Shown: positions 47,193 through 58,900 of the stretch, piece by piece
Numbering within the stretch: position 1 is the first letter of the stretch
How the letters are laid out: every line of letters begins with the position of its first letter
NCBI RefSeq assembly: GCF_000143415.4
Contig: NW_003314306.1
Span: 62,001 to 126,000, forward strand
Reading direction: 5' to 3'
From: Selaginella moellendorffii
Taxonomy: Eukaryota; Plantae; Lycopodiophyta
DNA: 64,000 nucleotides
The notes under the pieces: model-generated
Seen by the model: the letters and a program-made list of their open reading frames with translations, nothing else
Databases searched by the model: none
What the model was told of the DNA's origin: nothing
Translations under genes and position numbers: made by a program

Positions 47193-49108
47193 TTACTTAG
47201 TTTTAGTTTTAATTTTAATTTTAGTTTCCTCGCTATTTTGACCACCTTCCATTAATTCCACACGGAACAGGCCATCCCCATCAGCGAGTAGCCAGTTGAT
47301 ACATGCTTTGAAGCTAGCGGGGAAAGTTTCATTTCTTACCGCAGCCGACAAGGTTGAGTTCTTGTCGGCTCCTCCTCCATACCAACCTAGAAGATCCAGA
47401 AAGGTGAGCACCAGCGAGTACCAGTCATCCCTGTACAGGAAACCTTCAGCCCCATCAAACAGAGGAGACTCAAAGTACGGCGCACCGACCCTCATCCTCC
47501 TAATCTCCACGCTCTCGTCCACAAGACATGAACAGTCGAAGTCATTCAACCACAGCTCATCATGGAAGATGAGCATATTTGACGGCTTGATATCACGGTG
47601 AAGAACCCCGCGAGAGTGCAGCCCGACTAAAGCTGCCGAGGCTTGGTTCCAACAGCCCTGAAAATCCCACAGTACATTGTCCGAAGTCACCGGCCTGCCA
47701 AACCCCGCCAGTACCATCCACTCAAGGCCGTCGCCCGCACCAAGCACTTGACCGCACCAGCGCAGACCTTTCCGCTGAGGACGAGTGAAACTGGTTCCAT
47801 CCACGCGCTCGTGAATGAAAGTTTCCCTACCGATTCTGCTGCGGTCGGAAACCTTGATGACGCAATCTTCCCCCGGAAGTTTAAAAACGACTGACTTGTA
47901 CCCCTGCCCCACTATAGAAGCTGTGCTCAAGTCAATGCTTTTGCTACCGTCGTTTCTTGCAAGCTCGAGGGGAGCCTTTGGAATGCTGTACAAAGTGCAG
48001 AGCGTGTCGACATACCTGAATTTCAGAATTATCAGTATGAAAAAGGCAGAATAAGGAGGAGTTACCTGACTAAAAGGTGGAATCCATTGTTCGGCTCCGA
48101 AGGACATATATCAATGAGCTTGCTGCCCTCTTTGGCCGTGTTGAGAAGAGCGAGGTCGCAAAGCACGTTACTCATTTCCCACCCTGGACCGCAGGGAAAC
48201 TCCGGAGCCACTTCACACGAAACCACCGCTTCCCCACGCTGCTCGTATCGGAACTTTACGAACCAGACGTACTCGCAACGAGTTGCGAAAATCCCCAGGT
48301 GGCATGGCAGACCTGCATACTTCTTATTTGACTTATACATCTTACTGATTCCGGCAACGTTTCTCTCGATGCCTGTCTCTGGCTTCCCACTCACAGCCAG
48401 ACTGAAAGCAGCTTTCACTTCATGTGCTTCGTTGAATTTTCCACCCAAAATGCTGCTACTTAAATCTTCGCGTGCCCCTCCCACATGAACCTCCCTGAGA
48501 AATTTCACTTCAGGCTGCCCTCCAGATGACGCTTCCATAAACTTGAAGAGCAACGGATGGTATTCGAGTTCCTTGTCATTCTGTGTTTTACTTCGGCCTT
48601 TCCTCATGTTCAGCACGTCGGTCAGATCAGTCTCTTTGGCTTCATACAGCAAGAAATGCAGCCATCTTAGTTCTGCCACCAAATGTCGAGGACTTTCCAG
48701 TAACTCATCCACACCGACAATCTGCCGAGGAATATTATCCTTCCAGATGACTTTCTCCTTACAGTCCTCAAAATTAACAGAGACGATTGAAGAATTTCGT
48801 AGCAGAGAAGCCTCCGGCAGTCTTCGTTTTTTGAGCGGACAGAGAGATAGGCGCTTTTGCTCGTAATCAAGCTCCTTCCTCTTGGTAAATTCGAGGTGGT
48901 CTTCCACAAGAGTCTTCCTGTAGGCTGTTATTCCATCAGTGACCTCCTTGAACTTCTCAAATCCCTTCTCCCGTATTACTTCCGCCGCTATACTTTGTGC
49001 CCAAGCCAATTGGCGGTTGATGCTCTCCCAAGAACGAGCAAGCTCAGCATCGTAGGGCTTCCAAGCCTGCAATTCACCATCTACGTTACTCAATTCAGAC
49101 GCCTCCAT
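47193..49108 (-). CDS. Two-exon 621-aa protein: putative PD-(D/E)xK REase-like region fused to an atypical protein kinase (Crinkler/CR-effector- or FunK1-like architecture)
   Basis: Exons 49108-48066 and 48015-47193 join through a 50-nt phase-2 GT-AG intron with the frame open. Kinase motifs: VGQGYKSVV, VIK, LHRDIKPSN, NDFD, VGAPYF and DDWYSL. The N-terminal part has E..YHP, REVHVGGAREDL and AHEVK; the REase call is less certain than the kinase call. Confidence 0.8.
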
Positions 49109-51065
49109 GATACCCAAGCCCCGCACAAACTCGCTAAATCTGCCCTAGGTTGAATTAAATCATTTCTGAGATCAATTTGAGTTTTTGTTTGAAAGCAAAT
49201 TTGACTGATTTGATTTTCGAGCAGTTTGAACTTGGTTAGATTTTTTGTTTGAATGCTAATTTTGTAAAAGCTCAGAATACAGAATTATGATTATATACAA
49301 AAGCAGCCCAGATTGGAACCAATCTGATGGCATCATAATTATACATTTAGACTTTACATCATCAAAAAAATGGAAGGTAATTAAAATTATTTAATAGATG
49401 TGGAGGGACATCAAAAGGAGGCACTAGTGAATTTTGAATCTATAGGCAGTGCTATATGTTTTTGACTTTATATAACATGTAATCACATTACATGCACAAT
49501 TTTCAAAGGATCAACTTGCTAAATATAATGTTAAACCAACACTCCCTTTGAGAGCCTTGTACCATAAGCTTGGAAAAAAACCAACATTAGATCATCCACC
49601 TTGTATTTAGCTAATGGACAATGATGAGAATTGTGATGCTATTGTTGTCCTACACAACACAAAAAGACAATGTTGAAAAGTCATGGTCAGGAGTGTGGGC
49701 TATGTATTTTGTCTATGTGTTTGCAAAAATTATACTAGAAGACATCATGCTTCCTTGTAAGCTTTCATGTCCTCTTTTCTATAAACTAACTATGAGTTTG
49801 ATAAACTAATTACATGGTCATTTAACCATGTCTTCTTACATTATGTTTTTTTATCAGCATATATTGGTGGAAGGGAATGTTATTTTATTCAGGTAAAGAA
49901 ACTTTGATCGATCAGTTGGGCTTGAGAGTGAGAGCATGGCAAGCCTGTCCTATTTGTATTGATAAATGTCCCATAGCTGTGTTGTGGTGAAGAATACAGT
50001 CAAGAATCACTAAGGGTTACTTGCTAGGTTGAAAGTTGAAGGTCCCCTACCAAAAGGTTTGACAATTGTGGTATCATAAACACTTGACAAGAGGTGGTTT
50101 CTTGTCTCGTACGGTTAGTGCATAGGGTGCGTAATCAATTCATTTGAATAGAAAGGAGCTAAGTGTAGCAATATTTTCTGAGGATACAGATGCTGGTGCA
50201 ACAATAGTTTCTAAGATGCAGAGGCATAATTAAAGTATGCTCAGCTGCAAGAAAAAGATGATGTAGACTTTTCAGAAGACAATGTGGAACATGAAGAAAT
50301 TGTAGGTGATTTTTCAGATGAAGAAGAGGAGATAATCCTTGTTCAAGAGTTTGTACAGGTGATCTGTTATTGAAGGCAATTGTGCAGCTCTATTGTTTTA
50401 AGGTGACAGTTGCATAGCATGGCTTATCATGAAATACAACATGGCTTGAAGATTCTTATATTACAATAGGTATCTTATATTCGAGCATGTTTTTAAAATT
50501 ATTATCATGAACAAAGAAAATGCTGGAAGCAAATAAGATGTTGAAGATATTGAAGATATTGAGTTGTGTAGTGATTGAATTCTTTTCTATCTGATTCTAC
50601 AAGCAGAAAACTTGGTGACCTTTTTTTGGGAGTGACCATTTTTAGATTGCAATTGGATGTGCTTTATGGACAGATGCCATGGCAGCACCAAATGCTAGCA
50701 TGAATCTTTTTTTGTATTGTAAAAGCAGTATATTACCAAGCCAAGGTAGAACATACAAAAAGTAAACTTACATGCAAAAACAAAGGCATAAGTAGTTCTG
50801 ATTGTAATCTTTCTCCTCTTCACCTTTGGCAAATGAAGCATAAGTCAGCATCAAAAGTGATTAAAATAACACTCTTGCTTGACAACTCACACTTCAAACA
50901 GTTTTTACTTAAATGTAATCTCAAATCTCTTTGTTATAGTGTAATATATTATACAATTTTTGGTTTTATACAACAAATTGTTTTTGTATAATATTAATTT
51001 GTTTTGTACTATACAATTTCACTTTTGTATTCTAGTATAAATTTATATTTATTTTTATATGATGC

Positions 51066-54000
51066 TGTAAGGTCCAAATATATGGCTATAATACCATATA
51101 CTAATATTACCATAGTGGGATTTTGATAGCCGTTGGATTAGTTTCAATTCATATATAAACTAGGGTTTTTGGGCTAATTAATACCATTTTCATATTTGAT
51201 TGAGAGGTCACTTTAATTATCCTTGAGGAGTGTTTAGATTTAGGATTTTAGTTTGAATTTAACTTTTGCATTGTCTAAATCTCCCTTTCCTTATAGCTTT
51301 TTCAATTTTTTCTTTTTTGCTTTTTTCTTTTCGTTCATCTTTATAGTAGAGCGGCAGGCTCCTCCTCCTTTGACTTTGGAGTAAGTTGGTGCAATTGCTT
51401 GATACTATATGGTTATAGTTGAATAATCAAACTCAATTAGTGGTAGCATTCTATGGTATGTGCGTACAACTCCATCATGCTCTAGCGTGCCAATCCTTGC
51501 ATTTGCCAAAGTTCTTCCATATGTTCCTTAAGAATTATACTATTAGTTTAATCATTTTACAGTGATTGCCACATATCATTCTTGGGACCACTCATGAGGA
51601 TTAGAGTATTCTCTTAGACATTCAAATTCACATTTGAACATGTTAATAATTATGATAATGCCTTCTAACAATTGCATTGTCTTTGTCAAAGGCCATTTGA
51701 GTCAGTGATGCAATTTAGCATTCGTTTCCGAAACACTTTGTTTTGTGCAAAGTCAAATATATCAGAGCAGATCAAGTTTGGAATGTTGTGGTTAACACTT
51801 CATCAAAATCTTGTAGAACTTGTACATACGCTTGCTCTAGCCACCCTTGATAATGCTCTTCGCTTAGCATAACATTATAACATGTTACATCTTTCACTTT
51901 TCACTACATGTCCTTAAACTTCACTTCATATAGGAGATAATCTTGTTCCAATAGAGGTTGATACTATTACTACTCGAGTTCAAGGACAAGGGTGAGGATG
52001 TAATTGTGGCTGTAATGTCTACTATTAGGTGTGTGATGAAGTTAATCACACTTATCGTTGTTGTTAACGTTTTCTAGATTAATAGCCTCCATTTTCTGGG
52101 TGAAGACCTTAGTGTTAATAACATCCTGTTAGTGTTGTTGTAGTAGAAGGTTTGGACACCGAGATGCTTCCGGCAAATGAGGAGTTAAGGTTCTTATGCG
52201 AAAAAATCATTAATCCCTCCATATTTCTTTTAGGAGTATTATTAAGGGGTTCACTTGGCACCAATTAATCCAGTGTTTACTTTCCAAGCTCACTTTTATA
52301 ATAAGAGGTCTCCTATTATTCTCTCTGTATTGGTTGATATAAGCTTGAGTTTATCCTTTATTACTCAATTTACTACCACATATTGCCATTTAAATTTACG
52401 CTGTATGGCAAAGCTAATTTTCATTTTTTATGGCAACAACCATACACACGTATATGCACGAGATGAGGCAGACCTAGTTATGCATGTGGGTAATCTTGAA
52501 GTTGAGTTGAAGTCATTACGGGTGGTGCCGAATCAAGCTTTTAACTTCATCCTTGGTATGGATTGGTTACGGCACAATTACCAAGTGTGACTTTGAAGCT
52601 TCTATTTCTTTTATTCCTCTCACTTATGTTCTTCTTTATCCCTCTACTTTTACTTTTGCTTCATCACTTTTGTTTTCTCATTACTTTATTTTATATTTCC
52701 ATTTTATTCCTCTATTCCCTCTTCTGATCCCCTCAATAGTCTTTATGTTGTAGTAATTGATCAGCTCATGAAGGAGTATGCCTGTCTTTTTGAATTTGAC
52801 CTATCGTTTGGAGCCAAGATTGCAATATATCATCTTATTCCAACTAGGGATGCTCATCTAATCAAAGTTCCTATTCATAGTCAGTCACCATAAGCGATCA
52901 AGATTCTACGTCCAAATATCAAGAAGATATTGAAAAATAGTGTTATTTAAAAGTTGCAAAGTTTTTGGGCATGTGAACTTTTTTATGATAAAGCCTATTA
53001 GAAGTATTTGTTTCTGCATTAATTATCGTTTGTTAAATGAAGTGACAATTTTAAATGTGTACCCTTTTCCTCACACTGTTGATCTCTTAGATTGTTTGGG
53101 GAGGGTTCACCAAATTACATTTTGCTTCTGGAATCTGGTAAGTGCTGATAGTTGAGAAAGATATTCCCAAGACTATTTTTCTTACACCCTTTGGTTTGTA
53201 TAAATTCTTGATAATGCCATTTGGTTTAAACAATGCTCTAATAACTTTCTAACAGATGATGGATGAAGTTTTTTAAGATATATTAAAGGTAACTACTGAC
53301 TTGATCAATGATGTCTTGATCCACTTGAATAGGATGTGGGAGAAACATGTCTATGATATTTGTAAGGTGTTAGATTGGCTACAGGAAGTTGGTTTAAAGT
53401 TTAAGTGGTTGAAATGTGTGTTTAGATCTAAGGATATGACTTATCTTAGTTACAATATTTCTTATAAGGGTTTGCAAATTGATCTTGATAAACTTATGGC
53501 TATTTTAAAGTTCCTTATTCCAAAGTGTGTGAATAATGCACAATGCTTCTTATGCAAAGTGTAGTATCTTGGTCATTTTGTTGATCATCTTTTTTATCAC
53601 ACTACACCGTTGCGAGGGTTGCTGAAGTCGTGAATGTCGTTTTTCATTTGGTTTGTGGACTATGAGCAAGCGTTTATGGATCTTAAAGAACTATTGATGA
53701 CTCTTTTAGTTTTTATGTACATAACTACATTTGACCTTTTATTTTGCACATGGATGCTTCTAGTATAGGTCTTGGAGGTTTGTTAATGCAAGAGAGCCCG
53801 AGTGTGCTTAATCAGTGCCGTCCCATTATATATATCAACTGTACATAATAATTGATGGAAGTGAATTACTCCACGATAAAGAAGAAGTGTTTAGTAGTAG
53901 GTTGGGGTTGTGAGAAACTTTATGTTTATTTATATAGTTCTTGGACATTACTAGAAGTTAATTATGTTGCAGTTACTTCATTATTGAAATGAAAGAATTT

Positions 54001-55700
54001 GGTTAGTTGTATTGCTCGATAAGCTTTGAAACTTTAAATATATAATTTCGATGTTATTCATCACCTAAGGAGTTCTATGACTAATGTTAATCCCTTTATC
54101 GAGCTTCTCTTTTTTCTTCATTCTCTTCTCATATTTTTGACAAGTCTATTATTCTAGCATTTGTGGATTTTTTGGACCAAGATTCTATGTTATGAGTGGT
54201 TGTTGTATTTGATATATAGTGTTCATAATGTATGGAACAAAATTTACCTTCTTTTAATAAGGTTCATGAGGCTCAAAAGGTTGAGCCATAAATCCAAAAG
54301 TTTCATAATAGGTTTGAGAATCTTAAATCATTTACTGATGATTTGCCATTTTGGCATTTACATTCTTAATATCACCTTAAGAATGACCTTCTCCTAATAT
54401 TCATTTAAAGTTGGTGGTGCTTTTGATCTTTATTCCATATTTTCTTCATGCTTACCATGATTCTCCTATTTTAGGCAAGCATATAAAATATCATTGTGTG
54501 ACTGAAAAGTTGCATACGTCTCTCTATTAGCCAGAGATACGATGTGATATTATTCAGTATGTGCATAACTGCGTTTAGCTCCCTCATGTTGTAGAAAGAC
54601 AGTTAGAGTCAATTATAGTTTTCCATTTATTTGAGTTGGTGGCATTTGATTTAATAGAGTCTTTTCCTTGGTCGATTGTTGGCAATAAGTATATTATTAT
54701 TGTTTCAGACTACTAGGTGGAAATTAAAACTCTTACTAGTGCATCTATAATTGTTGTTGGATAGTTCCTCCTTAATTAAGTGGTGTTTCATCATTACTGT
54801 CTAGAACGAATTCTTTCGAATAATGGTCCCGCATTTATGACTGAGGCATTTCACATTTTAACGTCTTAATTGAGGATACACCACACTTTCATAAAAGTTT
54901 ATCATCCACATCAAATAGGTTGGTAGAATGGGTTGTTCGGACCTTCAAAGTGATGATTACAAAGTATATAAACTTTTAGCATTCGGATTAAGATGGTTAT
55001 TTGCCGTATCTTCGGTATAGATATGTCACAAGGATGCAAAGTTTTATTAATGCTTCACCATATAAACTCCTATATGGTCATGATCTGATATTACTAACAT
55101 AATTGAGTTTACCATTGCAATTGCCATTAGTTATCAATGCTAAGTCTTGGGATTAGTATTTGATGAACATTCTTCCATTAATTTGAGTAGAGTCTACTGA
55201 ACACTTGAACTACATACAAATGGGACAACAATAACATTATAATTTCCATTATCATCCACTTATGGGATACAATGTTTATGTTAATTCGTTTTCCCAATCT
55301 TAAAGTACATGGTTTGTCTAAAGGGCTCTTTGTTTAGTGGAAGGAATTATATCAAATGTTGCAACAAATTGGATTACAAGTTTATGAGGTTTGGCATAAC
55401 ATCCAATAGATCAATTCTTTAAAAATTGTATATGTGCAACAGCTAAAACGTTTTGTATAAAAGGATCAAGAATAATTAACACCACGTATAGATCCACTGA
55501 TGCCTTTTCCTGATGTTCCTTCAAATCTCGGTTTATTCACTTTGATTGTCTTCCATTGTTCCAAATGGAAGATTGTATATTAATATTAATGTAGTGGGAT
55601 TTTGATATCCATTAAATTAGTTTCAAGCCAAACCATACATAAATTAAGGTTTTTAAGCTAATTAATATGCACATTTACATATTCCATTTCTATATTCCAT
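51066..55700 (+). mobile_element. Highly degenerate Gypsy LTR retrotransposon
   Basis: Fragmented pol in Gypsy order: protease FILGMDWL (about 52550), RT FCINYRLLN..YPFP, MPFGL, NDVLI, KWLKCVF, RNase H HMDASSIG, then integrase remnants. Direct-repeat LTR remnants TAGTGGGATTTTGATA..ATTAGTTTCAA at about 51113 and 55592. Boundaries are approximate. Confidence 0.85.
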
Positions 55701-56671
55701 GCATTCACAATGCAAATTCTATATGAACTGCAATGGATACCCTTGACCTCATGCATGAATGAATCATGTGTCAGGTCTTTAAAAGGCAAGACTGATACCA
55801 CCTTCTTCTCCCTTTGTCTAACAAAATGAAAATCAACAGGTACCTTGTGGCTTGCAACTGCAGTCTTGAACAATCCAGAGGCATCCCTACACATTATGAA
55901 AATGCAAGCTTCTTGAACCTGGCTTTCTTGAAGCCTTGTTCCACCTGAGTATTTGCAAAAGGCATTTACTGGAAGAGTTGCAATGACAATAGAGGTTACT
56001 TTACCTCAAAGCTGGTTGGCTGTGGATGCATTGCTGAACTTGCTTTGCCCCACACATTTCTCGTTACTGCATGGTCCTTCTACAGGACTGGATTCTTCTC
56101 AACCTTTCTCAATGGTAACAAAGCTAAAAAAAAACTCTACCTCATGGATGTTTTCCAGATACGAAGAAGTTTGGTGCTCTTACCACTGGGAGGACGAATT
56201 CACCTGTATCGGCACCCCAACTGGTGTACTTTCCACAGGCGAACGTGAAGCGATCGATCGAGGCCTGCTGCAGACGTTGTTCAGGCTCAGTTTGTGAGTT
56301 TCTCCGGAAGCTCAAAAACCACCGCCTTCCCAAGCTTTATCTTCTATCTTCTGCAAGTCCCACTGAAGAGTGTGAGAAACACGGCAGAAATGTGTGGAGG
56401 ACAAAAAAACATAAGATCGAGCAGACGTGGGCGACTTACACTGCTATCTGCAAACAGGTATGCGGGATGCTTCCCTGTGACTGTCTTGAGAAAGAGTTCT
56501 ACTCCGCAAAGTACTGGGAGGCTGTCTCCAGACCTAACTGTGATCGACTCCTTGCTGCTGCTCACAGCTGGAGCATGGGAAAGCGCTTCCGTGCAGAATA
56601 TGCTCTCTTCGGCTTCCCACGTCTCCCTGACACCAGATCCTCGTGGTGCTACTCCAAGTTTTGCAACCGAA

Positions 56672-57583
56672 TGGATGTCTGCGACGGAAGCAACTCCACC
56701 ACCCACGGGAAGGCACACCCTTTTTGAACGGGAGGCCTTTCGCGTTGGCGCCTACTTTGGAGCTCACCATCCTGATGGTTAGTGCCCAGCCCAAACGTAC
56801 GCGCTCCTTAATCCAGTCCACGATAACGCCCTCCTTTTCGTCGCTGAACATCACAGAAAGGCCTTTGCTTTTTGTGGTGGTGCGTCCGTAGAGCCAGTCT
56901 GCAAGAGTAGTAGGCGGGACTGACTCGTTACTTTGCGCTTCTGCAGGGAGATCATGGGATGGTGTTTGTGCTGCTGGAACTGGAGTATGTTAAGTTTCCG
57001 GAGCTGTTACCGTGGCCTAACTCTGAGATCAACCGAAACTGTGGAGCAGAGACGTGCAGCAACGATTGTGCCCTGGACCATTGAGCCTTTCTTCCTTCGC
57101 TACCGTGCAGTGCTACAGCAAGGTGAATTCCCTCTGAGCCAGATCCTGAACTTTGATGAAACAGGGCTGAATTTCGGGCGAGAAAGAGCAAGGTTGTTGG
57201 GTACTCGCTCAGAGAGGCTGCACACAAGTCACCAGTATCGGATGCAACGAAAGAAAAAGAATTACTGTTGTCGCAGCAATCCTGGCAGACGGCGGTCGTT
57301 TGCAAAAAATTTATATCTTCAAGGGGAAACGTCGGCAGATTGCGTGGATGAAGATTGTGAGCCTGAAGCTTCCTTTGCAATGCAAGAGAACGGATGGATG
57401 AAGGCTGAAGTATTTGTTGAGTTCCTGGCACACAGAGAGAATTCGATCGCTGGGGGAGTTTTTCTCCTTCATCCTCTTCTGCTCATCTGTGATGGACACA
57501 AATCACACATTACTGAGGACGAATTGAATTACGCAGCAGACAGGGGCATGGTTGTCGTTTGCTTACCTCCTCATACAAGCTGA
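56672..57583. mobile_element. Pogo/Tigger-like (CENP-B HTH + DDE_1) transposase relic with its N-terminal part inverted
   Basis: Plus strand 57014-57583: LTLRSTE, LNFDETGL, ENGWM, LLICDGHKSH, LPPHTS, with frameshifts. Minus strand about 56930-56672: VPPTTLADWLYGR, then IVDWIKERVRLG..PFKKGVPSRGWWSCFRRRHP. Confidence 0.85.
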
Positions 57584-58433
57584 TGTGTCAGGAAAATATG
57601 TTGGAGCCTAAAACGTGTGGTCTGCAGGCTGTGGGACTGGAAGGGGTAACCGGAAGTATTAGTGGGTATAAGGGGTTATACTACTCATCCACAAAAGGTA
57701 CTAAACTAAAGCTATTTAGAGAGTGTGACGAGGTGGTTTCCAGAAGTGATTTTCTGGCACTGCCTGCTTTCCAATTGCTCAAGGACTCTTGGCAACACAG
57801 TGTAGCTGTGTGATAAGTCCGGGGCCAAGGCCAGTGGGCTTCCCAAACCGTTATTGGGGAGTTAAACTATCCAGGTACAGGCGGAGCTTAGAGAGAGCTG
57901 AGCTAATTGATCTCCTCAAACTGGAGCTAACTTGTAACTGAAAATAGTTGTAACACCTTGTCTCTTGATCATAGCTGCTCGAACTCGATAACAAAGTCCC
58001 TCAGTTAAAAATATTCGACTGGCCTTGTTTCTTTCTCTTATGCTCATGGCGCGTTAAAGGCTCCAAGCATTCAGCTAAAATAGCCTCCTCCTCATTGCCA
58101 CCACCTTTTCACTTTATACCTGATCAGTCTCAAATAGAAGAAGATCAATCCCGAGTGCTTCCTTCTTTATACTGAACAGTCTTGTAAAATGGTGCTTTCA
58201 AAAGTCTCATCTTAGTTCTCAGCACGAACGGCCTTGGGAGGTAACTCCTTTTCAGGAAATCCATCTGCCTTCCTCGCTGAGTTCTCTACTGTTCCTAACT
58301 CCTTACAAGGAAAAATAATTTTTTTTAAAAAGTAAAAATCAGGATTCTAGTTTGTTTCCTCAAGACTGATACTTTACTTTCAGCATCACCTGTCTATTAA
58401 ACAAACTAAACAGACAGAATTTCAGGGGTCCTA

Positions 58434-58900
58434 CTCAACCGGAGTTTCTCAAATTCACAAAGTGTTCAGGGAACCTTTGCCTCAACTTGAAGCTCTGGAA
58501 TTTCTTAAGAGTGTTTCATGAGTTCCAAACTCAACCGGAGCTCTGTTATTACTTCAGAGTGCCAGGCCAATCCCGCTATGAGCCTCCACCAGAGTTTCTC
58601 TGGTTTCACTCTCAGACTCAACCAGCACTCTAAAATTATCTCAAACAGTCCAGGGAGTGGTCCACTCTAGGTCGCTTCAAGTGGTCCCAAGAGTCCCTAA
58701 GAGTCTGAGCTCAATCCCAGCATGTCCCGAGAGTTATAACTCAACTGATCATTGAGCATAATCTCAGACTGTCACGGGAGTGCCCAACTCAACCAGACCC
58801 CATCTGGGAGTCCACGTCAGCGTATCCAAAGAGTCTCGCCACGTCAGCGTTCCACCAAAGCACTGTCCCGCCATGTCAGCGTGTTCTGCCACGTCAGCGG
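58434..58900. repeat. Array of short repeated motifs, resembling a transposon subterminal region
   Basis: CTCAACC at 58434, 58530, 58617 and 58788; CCA(C/T)GTCAGC at 58812, 58839, 58870 and 58889; GAGTC at 58691, 58701, 58808 and 58831. Confidence 0.6.

Noticed and set aside
55950-56670. Several overlapping ORFs left of the pogo relic
   Set aside because: No recognisable motif or consistent frame.
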